From a candidate division WOR_3 bacterium SM23_42 (GTDB lineage: Bacteria > Hydrothermota > Tepidihabitantia > SM23-42): a DNA stretch of 64,000 nucleotides. How positions within the stretch are numbered: position 1 is the first letter of the stretch; each line of letters begins with the position of its first letter. A model generated the notes under the pieces. The model saw only the letters and a program-made list of their open reading frames with translations. It was not told the origin of the DNA and searched no databases. Below, one piece after another: positions 38,098 to 46,873 of the stretch. The DNA is taken from NCBI GenBank assembly GCA_001303785.1, contig LJUJ01000002.1, positions 3,867 to 67,866 on the forward strand, given 5' to 3'. The position numbers were made by a program, and so were the translations under genes.

Positions 38098-38799
38098 ATG
38101 AAAGCAATTGCGATCAATGGAAGTCCTAGAAAAGATAGGGGTAATACCGCTACGATCCTCAACGCATTCACCCAGGGGATGAAGGACGCTGGTGCGGAGG
38201 TAGAAGTAATCTATACAAAGAATCTAAAACCAAAACTCTGCACGGGCGAGTTGCAGTGCTGGTGGAAGACTCCTGGAGAATGTTATATCAAGGATGATAT
38301 GCAGAAGGTCTATCCTAAGTTGAGGAAGTCAGATATCCTTATCCTGGCCACACCTGTCTATATTCCCCTTCCGGGTGAGATGCAGATCTTCATCAACCGG
38401 CTTTGCCCGTTGGCTGTACCTTTGCTTGAAACACGTGAGGGACGTACGCGAGCTAGACTTCGTGATGATGTTAAGATTCACAAAATTTTGCTTGTGTCTA
38501 CGGGCGGTTGGTGGGAGAAAGAAAACCTAGATACGGTGGTGCGTATTGCCAAGGAGTTAGCTGAGGACATGAGCGTAGAATTTTCCGGGGCAGTACTCAG
38601 ACCTCACGCATTCTTGATGAAAAAGAAGGGAGAATTGACTGAGGAGGGCACTGTGATCATTGATGAGGTTAAAAAAGCAGGTTATGATTTTGCCAGGAGT
38701 GGCGAGTTGAGCAAGTCCATGCTTGAATCTATTAGGCGACCGCTGATCGCTCAGGAAGAACTGCTGCAGATGTACAATAGAGCTTTGGAATCAGCTTGA
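38098..38799 (+). CDS. NAD(P)H-dependent FMN reductase-like flavoprotein
   Basis: GAGGAGG RBS. Flavodoxin-like N-terminus IAINGSPRKDRGNT...DILILATPVY. Confidence 0.55.
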   Translation: MKAIAINGSPRKDRGNTATILNAFTQGMKDAGAEVEVIYTKNLKPKLCTGELQCWWKTPGECYIKDDMQKVYPKLRKSDILILATPVYIPLPGEMQIFINRLCPLAVPLLETREGRTRARLRDDVKIHKILLVSTGGWWEKENLDTVVRIAKELAEDMSVEFSGAVLRPHAFLMKKKGELTEEGTVIIDEVKKAGYDFARSGELSKSMLESIRRPLIAQEELLQMYNRALESA

Positions 38800-38848
38800 A
38801 CGTGAATTTCTTTTGTTCATGACAATTTTAGAACGTGGAGGTAAAACT

Positions 38849-39604
38849 ATGGTAGTGATACGGGAAGCATTCAATGCAGGACTTGTGCTTCTTTTGATGT
38901 TTGGCGTATCGTTTGCCGAATCATTCAATCGATTCGATCTAGATATCGAATCGGGTGCTGCAATAGTCTGGTATAGTGATATTCAGATACCGAAATCAAC
39001 CGGTACCCTGATCTCATTTTCGGAAGAATTGGAGACCGACCCAGCATTTTTCGTCCGGGGCAGATTCACTTACTACTTTGATAGGGGTAACATGGTCTCA
39101 ATTTTGATTGCGCCACTGACATTGAAAGCCACAGGCAGTGTAGGTCGCGAAGTCATATTTCAAGGTGAAACCTTCGCACCGAATGCAGCCCTAAATTCTG
39201 TATACAAATTCAATTCGTACCGGCTTACATACGAACATTTCTGGTTTGCAGGAGAGCGGCTCCGTTTCGGGCTTGGGGCAACCGCAAAGATCCGAGATGC
39301 GGCGATAAGCATTGCCGATTCGATCAAGATATCCGAAAAAACTGATCTCGGCTTTGTTCCACTCATCAAGTTCAGCCTTGTATGGAGGTTCGCAGACCCG
39401 CTGGCACTAGTTCTGGATGGCGATGCGCTGGCAGCTCCGCAGGGCCGGGCCGAAGATATTTCTCTGTCGCTTCAGGGTAATGTTAATGACCGGATGTCTC
39501 TGAAACTTGGCTATCGGGTGCTTGAGGGCGGTTCTGATGTGGAGGAGGTGTACAGCTTCACTTGGGTTAATTACCTTTTCGGCGGTTTTTCGTTGTGCCT
39601 TTGA
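38849..39604 (+). CDS. hypothetical secreted (beta-rich) protein
   Basis: GGAGG RBS before ATG 38849. Signal peptide. No domain recognised. Confidence 0.4.
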   Translation: MVVIREAFNAGLVLLLMFGVSFAESFNRFDLDIESGAAIVWYSDIQIPKSTGTLISFSEELETDPAFFVRGRFTYYFDRGNMVSILIAPLTLKATGSVGREVIFQGETFAPNAALNSVYKFNSYRLTYEHFWFAGERLRFGLGATAKIRDAAISIADSIKISEKTDLGFVPLIKFSLVWRFADPLALVLDGDALAAPQGRAEDISLSLQGNVNDRMSLKLGYRVLEGGSDVEEVYSFTWVNYLFGGFSLCL

Positions 39605-40140
39605 CGCACGCGACCAGTAGGGGGTGGTTCAAGCTTGAGTGCTGATAGTATTCTCACGATCTGTAAATATAATGAATTTCAAAATATGGCGATGGTGTTG
39701 AACAAAAGAAACATTCAAGGACACAGGAGATAGCTTACTCAGGGTCGAGTGCTCGCCATCGTGAGGGTTCAGAGCAAACTCAAAATCAGTTGTGTGTTGG
39801 AAACAATTACTGTGCTGAGCATATGTTCACTAGACATGCGGGATTGTGACTACCAGCGATATTCATTGCGTTCGATAGACGGTACGACGATGTGATTTCC
39901 CTTGTACAGAATTTGAGTCTCCGAGCATGTTTAGGCTTTAGATTCGTTACTGTGATAGTTTATGTGAGTCAATTGTAAGGCTTCTTGCTATTATTAATTT
40001 GCGCTTATGAAACCATTCATATATAGCAACTCTCTCTATGACGCAAGAAAGGATGCGAGAGTGGGTGCCGATATTTACAGTCAGTTTCGGTTTATGCAAT
40101 CATAGTGATATGATCCGTATAAGTGTATTGGGAGGAAAAC

Positions 40141-41553
40141 ATGAGAAGAACATTGGTAATTATTTGTGGTATAGTATGTCTTTGCCCATCGGTTTTATCT
40201 GCGCAGTGGGAACCAGACTTCCGTCTCACTTATGATGATAGCATCTCATATTTGTGCTATAACAATGCGTGGTGTATCGCTGCCACAGGTGAGACAACAC
40301 ACGTAGTCTGGCACGATTATCGATTTGCCATCCCGGAGGTTTACTACAAGCGTTCGTTGGATAATGGAACAACATGGGAAGCAGATGTGCGTCTTACGAA
40401 TTGGTTTGGCTACTCGGGGTGCGCGGCGATTGCCGTCGAAGGCACAAATGTACATGTTGCCTGGTGCGACGAACGTGATGGGCACTTTGAAATTTACTAT
40501 AAGAGATCTATTGACGGCGGCATGAGTTGACAATCGGATACCCGGCTTACATATGCTGATGACTGCGCACTATATCCTTGTATTGCAGTTTCCGGGGACT
40601 ATGTTCACGTCGTTTGGCAAGATTCCCGCGACGGAGTGCTGATGTTTGAAGTCTACTATAAGCAATCGACAGACGGCGGGATGACGTGGGGATCAGATAC
40701 ACGTCTCACTTATACTAACGGCACTGCAGGAATGCCGTCGATTGCCGTTTTGGGAGCCGATATTCATGTAGGCTGGGGTAGTGATTATGATGGGAATAGT
40801 GAGATTTACTACACCCGGTCCACGGATGTCGGTGCCAGCTGGCAGCAGTACGTTAGGCTGACAAATGACAATGCTTCGTCCTTGGATCCCTCGATCGCAG
40901 TCGCTGGGAGTGGCGTTCATATTGTTTGGGTTGATGAAAGAGACGGTAACAAAGAAATATACTACAAATATGCAAAGAGTAGCGGCACAATGTGGAGCGG
41001 GGATATTCGGTTAACGAATGCTATAGGGGTTTCACGCCAGCCATCGATCAGCGCTGATGGAAATAATGTCCATGTAGCCTGGTGTGACAAGCGGAATGGT
41101 GAGAATGATATTTACTATAAGCTTTCAATGGATTGCGGTGTAAGCTGGGAGCCTGACACACAGCTCACGAATGGCTCTGAGGAGCACTCATGGTATCCTT
41201 CGGTTGCGGTTTCTGGTACTACTGTCCATGTGGTTTGGTCAGACTGGAGAGATGGTAATTTTGAGATTTACTATAAACGTAATCCTACGGGGAACACCGG
41301 AGTACATGAATCGATGACACAACACGCAGGTGTATTGCTGCAGGAGTGCAGAACGGCCCCCAATCCTTTCAGTTCTTATACGATTGTACAGGGTCATGAA
41401 GAAGACCGTTTCGCACTGTACGATACAGCGGGCAAACTGGTTGGGAAATATAGAGGTGACCGAATTGGCGAAGGTTTACCAGTAGGCGTTTATCTTCTTA
41501 TTCCTGAGATGATTAATGCAAAACCTACTTTGATTGTTAAGGTAAGACACTAG
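40141..41553 (+). pseudogene. BNR/Asp-box repeat T9SS cargo protein interrupted by an in-frame TGA at 40528-40530 (paralog of 42704..44116)
   Basis: ORFs 40123..40530 and 40636..41553 share one frame. The paralog has TGG (Trp) where this copy has TGA. Asp-boxes SLDNGTTW, STDGGMTW, STDVGASW; C-terminal T9SS domain. Confidence 0.6.
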
Positions 41554-41706
41554 ATAGGGATAAGAGTACTAAGCATCATTTATTGGCACTGCGACCCGAT
41601 GGATTAGTGTTCGAAAATTATTAAATGAAGCGGCTGCAGCCGCCTCGGGTTTGCGATTAAACTTTTGTTTTAGACGGAAGATACTCGAATCATAATGGAG
41701 GTAACC

Positions 41707-42282
41707 GTGAAAGGAAGTTGGTTATTATCAGTACTGCTATGTGCACTGATTTTCAGTGTTGCGACGCTGTTGGCCGATACAGTACCAGACCAGGATGCAT
41801 TGAAACAGGGGGTTGAGATGGTTGGTCCGTATACATTCAACAACGCGAATAATCCGCATGATGAAATAGCGGATATCGAAAAGACCATTAGAGCCAGCAT
41901 CGAATGGGCGGTTAAGAATAAGGACACTGAGTTGCTTTATTCCAGTGTTGTGCATAATGACGAGTTATTCTTCTTTCAAACTGACTCCAAGAGCACAATC
42001 ACTGACTTCGAGAGTTTCAGGTCACTAACCGAAAATTTCTTCATGCGTGACGATTTCAGGGCAATAAGGGTGGAAATAAAGGATTTTCGCATTCACATGT
42101 CGCCGACCATGAAGACTGCTTGGTGGGCCTGTATCTTGAACGACTACAACGAATTTCAAGGCAAACCGGCAAATTGGGAGAATGTTCGCTGGAGCGGCGT
42201 TCTGGAGAAAATAGACGGGAAGTGGAGAATATTTCAGATGCACTTCTCGAAGGCAGAAGACCTCATAACTGAACAGCAGTAA
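41707..42282 (+). CDS. NTF2-like/SnoaL-like (DUF4440-type) secreted protein
   Basis: GGAGGT RBS then GTG 41707. Signal peptide. C-terminal GKWRIFQMHFS, an NTF2-like fold signature. Confidence 0.5.
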   Translation: MKGSWLLSVLLCALIFSVATLLADTVPDQDALKQGVEMVGPYTFNNANNPHDEIADIEKTIRASIEWAVKNKDTELLYSSVVHNDELFFFQTDSKSTITDFESFRSLTENFFMRDDFRAIRVEIKDFRIHMSPTMKTAWWACILNDYNEFQGKPANWENVRWSGVLEKIDGKWRIFQMHFSKAEDLITEQQ

Positions 42283-42703
42283 TGCGAGCTCCGACCACGG
42301 CAGTAAGTAGTACGTAGAAGGTAGTAAGTAGAATAGAAATGAGATCAGAGCCAATGAAAGATTCGTAATGCAATATGGTAATTATGTAATTATGATATTG
42401 TGTTATTATGCATCAGGGCATCAGGATATCAGAGCGAGAGTAGGGAGGTTGTCCTCACACCTCTGGTGCAGACTTTGTCTTTCGAGAAATGATTTGGGTT
42501 TTTAGATTCGTCACTGTGATAGTCTATGTGAGATTATTGTAAGACTTGTGGTTACGATAATTTGGTGTTACTGAGACAATTTATACGGCAACTCCTCGTA
42601 CGGTGAACAACCGGAAGTGAGGGTGAGTGCCGGTATTTTGCGGTGAGTTTCAACGTATGCGTTCAGACTAATCAGATTTGTATGATTGTATTGGGAGGAA
42701 AAC

Positions 42704-44116
42704 ATGTGGAGAACATTGGTAATTGTCTGGGGTATTGCTTGTCTTTGCCCGTCGGTTCTGTCTGCGCAGTGGGAACCAGACTTCCGTCTCACTTATGATG
42801 ATAGCATATCATATTTGTGCTACAACAATGCGTGGTGTGTCGCTGCCGAGGGTGAGACAACACACGTAGTTTGGCATGATTCTCGACATGCCATCCCGGA
42901 GGTTTACTATAAGCGTTCATTAGACAATGGAACAACATGGGAAACAGATGTGCGTCTTACGAATTGGTTTGGTCACTCGGGGTGTGCGGCGGTTGCCGTC
43001 GCAGGCACAAGTGTCCATGTTGCCTGGTGCGACGAGCGTGATGGGCACTTTGAGATTTACTATAAGAGATCCATTGACGGCGGCATGAGTTGGGCTTCGG
43101 ATACCCGGCTTACATATGCTGATGACTGCGCAGTATATCCTTGTATTGCAGTTTCCGGGGACTATGTTCACGTCGTTTGGATGGATACCCGCGACGGAGT
43201 GCAGGTGTGTGAAGTCTACTATAAGCGATCGACTGATGGCGGCACGACGTGGGGGCCAGATACGCGTCTCACTTATAATAATTGCAGTGCAGGAATGCCA
43301 TCGATTGCCGTGCTAGGAGCCAATATTCATGTAGCCTATAGTGATCATTATGATGGGAATAATGAGATTTACTACATGCGGTCCACTGATGCAGGTGCCA
43401 GCTGGCAGCAGTACGTCAGACTGACAAATGACAATGCTTCATCCTTGAATCCCTCGATTGCAGTAGCTGGGAGTGGCGTACATGTTGTTTGGATTGACGA
43501 AAGAGATGGTAACAAAGAAATATACTACAAACGTGCGAAAGGTGGCGGAGCAGCGTGGAGCGGGGATATTCGGTTAACGAATGCTCCAGACGTGTCACGC
43601 CATCCATCGGTCAGCGCTGATGGAAATAATGTCCATGTAGTCTGGTGTGACAGGCGGACTGGAGAGAATGATGTTTACTATAAGCTTTCAACGGATTACG
43701 GTGTAAGCTGGGAGCTTGACATGCAAATCACGCATGGCTCTGAGGAGCACTCATGGTATCCATCGGTTGCCGTTTCAGGTACTACTGTCCATGTGGTGTG
43801 GTCAGACTGGAGAGACGGCAATTTTGAGATTTACTATAAGCGTAACCCTACGGGTAACACCGGAGTACATGAATCGATGACGCAACACGCGGGTGTATTG
43901 CTGCAGGAGTGCAGAACGGCTCCCAATCCTTTCAGTTCTCATACAATTGTTCAGGGCCATGAAGAAGAACGTTTCGCACTGTACGATTCAGCGGGCAAGC
44001 TGGTCGGAAAATACAGTGGTGACCGAATAGGCGGAGATTTGCCAGTAGGCGTTTATCTTCTTGTTCCTGAGATGATTAATGCAAAACCTGCATTGATTGT
44101 GAAAGTAGGACACTAA
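42704..44116 (+). CDS. BNR/Asp-box repeat protein with T9SS C-terminal sorting domain
   Basis: GGGAGG RBS before ATG 42704 (MWRTLVIVWG...). Multiple SxDxGxTW boxes. C-terminal APNPFSSHTIV...ALYDSAGKLV...GVYLLVPEM. Confidence 0.7.
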   Translation: MWRTLVIVWGIACLCPSVLSAQWEPDFRLTYDDSISYLCYNNAWCVAAEGETTHVVWHDSRHAIPEVYYKRSLDNGTTWETDVRLTNWFGHSGCAAVAVAGTSVHVAWCDERDGHFEIYYKRSIDGGMSWASDTRLTYADDCAVYPCIAVSGDYVHVVWMDTRDGVQVCEVYYKRSTDGGTTWGPDTRLTYNNCSAGMPSIAVLGANIHVAYSDHYDGNNEIYYMRSTDAGASWQQYVRLTNDNASSLNPSIAVAGSGVHVVWIDERDGNKEIYYKRAKGGGAAWSGDIRLTNAPDVSRHPSVSADGNNVHVVWCDRRTGENDVYYKLSTDYGVSWELDMQITHGSEEHSWYPSVAVSGTTVHVVWSDWRDGNFEIYYKRNPTGNTGVHESMTQHAGVLLQECRTAPNPFSSHTIVQGHEEERFALYDSAGKLVGKYSGDRIGGDLPVGVYLLVPEMINAKPALIVKVGH

Positions 44117-44280
44117 ATGGGGACAATAGTACCATCAGATTAGAAGAGTAAGAGCATTTGGCTTGTGAGTTTCCTACAATTGGCAGAAAAATCTCTGATG
44201 CATGACGATTTCCAGGCAATATCAGATGCATTTATCGTAAGTGGGAGACCTGACAACAGAATAGCAGTGATGCGAGCTCC

Positions 44281-44340
44281 GAGCTCTGAACTGCGACCAC
44301 GGCATAAGTAGTAGGTAGTATGTACCAGGTAGTAGGTAGA
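44281..44340 (+). repeat. GAGCTCCGAGCTC + GTAGTAGGTAGTATGTAC module (representative; copies at ~1016, 1831, 2761, 3726, 19300-19347, 21700, 33170, 42285-42335)
   Basis: gcgagctccgagctctgaactgcgaccacggcataagtagtaggtagtatgtaccaggtagtaggtag. Confidence 0.75.
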
Positions 44341-44374
44341 CAAAGCGTGTGGCGTATTGCGTCGGGCATAAAAG

Positions 44375-44403
44375 TTGACAAGGTCGTATCTGGTAGGTAC
44401 AAT
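44375..44403 (+). promoter_or_regulatory. sigma-70 promoter TTGACA-17-TACAAT
   Basis: ttgacaaggtcgtatctggtaggtacaat, about 20 nt before the RBS of 44423. Confidence 0.55.
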
Positions 44404-44422
44404 GTAGCGAAAGGAGAGGCAT

Positions 44423-44893
44423 ATGGAACCGAAAATAGTGAATCTGCCACAATTCTATGTTGTCGGTGTCTGTGTATATGGCGATGGAAAGTCAGGGCTC
44501 TTTCCCAAAGTATGGGATGTGTATTTTAGAATGCGAAAGGATATGAAGTGGAAGAACGAAAAGGTTGGCTATGGTGTTGAGTTTTACACTGAAGAATTTC
44601 AGAAGGAAAAGAAGTGGTTCTATATGGCGTGTGGAGAAGTTGAGAATCTCGACAATATTCCGGCCGCAATGGTTGGAAAAATCATACCCGCCCACACCTA
44701 TGCTGTATTTACGCACAAGGGTCTATTACGTGATCTGGGTAAGACATTTCAACACGTGTATCATGAGTGGTTGCCGAAATCAAAACACAAAATCGCGGAC
44801 TGCTATGATTTTGAGTTGTATGATGAGCGGTTCCAGGGCGGGGATAATCCTGATAGTGAAATAGACATTTATCTTCCTGTCGTCGAAAAGTAA
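44423..44893 (+). CDS. GyrI-like small-molecule-binding domain protein
   Basis: AAAGGAGAGG RBS. About 155 aa, matching the GyrI-like/AraC-effector-binding fold (PQFYVVGV...YAVFTHKG). Confidence 0.6.
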   Translation: MEPKIVNLPQFYVVGVCVYGDGKSGLFPKVWDVYFRMRKDMKWKNEKVGYGVEFYTEEFQKEKKWFYMACGEVENLDNIPAAMVGKIIPAHTYAVFTHKGLLRDLGKTFQHVYHEWLPKSKHKIADCYDFELYDERFQGGDNPDSEIDIYLPVVEK

Positions 44894-44902
44894 GGAGACA
44901 TA

Positions 44903-45283
44903 ATGAGATTAATCATTCGTTGGGCAATCATTGCTTTTTCACTCTTCGTGGCGGCCTGGCTCGTGCCGGGTATCCGTGTTGAGGGAAATGCTTGGGTTAT
45001 TTTTACGGTAATGGCGGTCATCTTGGGGCTCGTAAATGCCGTGGTGCGGCCGATACTTACGCTGTTGACTTGCTCCCTCGTCATCCTCACCCTGGGTCTG
45101 TTCGTCTTGGTGATTAATGCGTTGACCTTGTGGCTGGCTTCTTCTATTGCAGTCAACTGGTTCGGTGTTGGTTTCTATGTGGACGGATTCTGGTCGGCCT
45201 TCTTGGGCGCACTGATTGTGAGTATTGTTTCGGTCATACTCTCTGCAGCTGTCAGGGATGAGAGGAGAATGGCTCAACGCTGA
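44903..45283 (+). CDS. DUF360/phage-holin-4-like four-TM membrane protein
   Basis: TAAGGAGA RBS. Block INALTLWLASSIAVNWFGVGFYVDGFWSAFLGALIVSIVS. Confidence 0.5.
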   Translation: MRLIIRWAIIAFSLFVAAWLVPGIRVEGNAWVIFTVMAVILGLVNAVVRPILTLLTCSLVILTLGLFVLVINALTLWLASSIAVNWFGVGFYVDGFWSAFLGALIVSIVSVILSAAVRDERRMAQR

Positions 45284-45343
45284 GCACAGGATCACTATAC
45301 GTTATCGCTGCAGGTGCACATCTGACAATCCTGGGAGTGAAAA

Positions 45344-45826
45344 ATGCATAAAGAAATGAACAGACTTGGTGTCGGTCCCAAGTTTGCGTTATTGGGCCTG
45401 GTATATGGGGCCGTTATCCTTGTGTTACATTATTCCTTTTTTCCTACTCTGACCTTCACGCTTATTTCAAAATGGGTGAATATCGTACTGGGTACAATCC
45501 TCATTATCATAGGATTTCCATTGTTCATTCTGTCGGGGATTATGGTTCACACGCACATAGGCAAGGGTAAACTATGTACAACTGGCGTGTATGCGTATTG
45601 TCGGCATCCTCTATATGGGGCATGGGTATTGTTTGTTGTTCCCGGAATAGTCATGATCACTGGTTCGGTCGTGGCTATATCATGGCCTGTTTTTCTTTAC
45701 ATATTATGTAAAATCTATACGGCCGAAGAAGAAAGGTATCTCAGAACAAAATTCGGCGATGAATACCTAAGATACGAGAAAGAGGTTTATGCAATTTTTC
45801 CTAAAATATGGAGAAAATATAGCTGA
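45344..45826 (+). CDS. isoprenylcysteine carboxyl methyltransferase (ICMT/PEMT) family membrane methyltransferase
   Basis: RHPLYGAW and EE..L...FGDEYLRYEKEV motifs. Confidence 0.65.
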   Translation: MHKEMNRLGVGPKFALLGLVYGAVILVLHYSFFPTLTFTLISKWVNIVLGTILIIIGFPLFILSGIMVHTHIGKGKLCTTGVYAYCRHPLYGAWVLFVVPGIVMITGSVVAISWPVFLYILCKIYTAEEERYLRTKFGDEYLRYEKEVYAIFPKIWRKYS

Positions 45827-45961
45827 GGCGCGCGGTCGAAATCGTAACTGCGATTATCCATTTCGTGATTAACAAAAGTGGCGATCTGATACTAGTGTCA
45901 GCAATCTCAGCAACTGAATAATATCTATATGCCACTGATTGCTTAAGGTATACTAAACTAA

Positions 45962-46702
45962 ATGAAGAGTATCATTCTTCGTAGCAACGCAACACCTGTG
46001 TATTCTTTCTTGAGTCTGATTAATTCGGAGGAGTCAAGAAAGAAAATGAAACCTAAGAGGATATTGGACTGCGGGGCTGGTGGTCAAGTCCCGCCCCTTG
46101 CACTGTTTCATCAACACGGGTTCGAGATTTGGGGAATCGACATATCGGATGAACAGCTAGAAAAAGCCAGGCGATTCTGCGCAGAACAAGGCCTGAAGAT
46201 TCAACTGCAAAGGGGCGATATGCGCAGTATTCCTTTCAGAAATGCATCATTTGATTATGTATTTGAACACTACTCAATGTGCCATCTTAGTAAAAAAGAT
46301 GTGGGTTTGGCAATCAGTGAGATGCATCGAGTTTTGAAAAAACAAGGTCTGTGTTTTTTGGGTGTAATCTCAACTGATTCATGGCCCAAGTCAACCTTCG
46401 GACAGGAGAAGGAGTCGGGTGAATTCTGGAGAGAGAACGAGAATGGTGAGCCGACATTGCACAGCATGTTTACCGATGGTGAAGCAGATAAATTGGTGTC
46501 GGCGTGGGAAGTCGTTTCCAAGGAGAAGCGGGTTCAGTATATGCTTGAGGTGTCACAGAAAATTACGTTAGAGGAGTGGATGGCGTTGCACGGGGAGGCA
46601 CGGGAAGAATGTTCCCGTCGGATCTGGAAAGCAAAGTATGCACAGAGAATGAATGAATTCAGGTACGTGTATACGTATTTCTTTTTAAGAAAATTGAAAT
46701 AG
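45962..46702 (+). CDS. class I SAM-dependent methyltransferase (start uncertain)
   Basis: Motif I ILDCGAGGQ. Methyltransf_11-like acidic and D/E blocks. An alternative start is ATG 46037. Confidence 0.55.
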   Translation: MKSIILRSNATPVYSFLSLINSEESRKKMKPKRILDCGAGGQVPPLALFHQHGFEIWGIDISDEQLEKARRFCAEQGLKIQLQRGDMRSIPFRNASFDYVFEHYSMCHLSKKDVGLAISEMHRVLKKQGLCFLGVISTDSWPKSTFGQEKESGEFWRENENGEPTLHSMFTDGEADKLVSAWEVVSKEKRVQYMLEVSQKITLEEWMALHGEAREECSRRIWKAKYAQRMNEFRYVYTYFFLRKLK

Positions 46703-46873
46703 CATGACGTTTATCTTGTGGGAAGAATTCTGGAGTGAACTACCGGACAGCGTAGCCGAGTATTAGTTTATCGTTAGGTAGAATATCAGGAAAGGTGCGA
46801 ATAATATAGGTACGTAATAGAGACAGAGAATAGGGTACGGCGTAATACGTTATGCTCAACAAAGGATACAACA

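Noticed and set aside
39604-39670. tRNA-like T-loop sequence (gggggtggttcaagcttgag)
   Set aside because: I could not build an acceptor stem or anticodon arm. No tRNA, rRNA or tmRNA genes were found in the window.
40528-40530. In-frame TGA in the BNR paralog as possible stop-codon recoding (TGA = Trp/Gly/Sec)
   Set aside because: TGA terminates many well-supported genes in this window, and no SECIS-like element was seen. A nonsense mutation or sequencing error is the more likely explanation.
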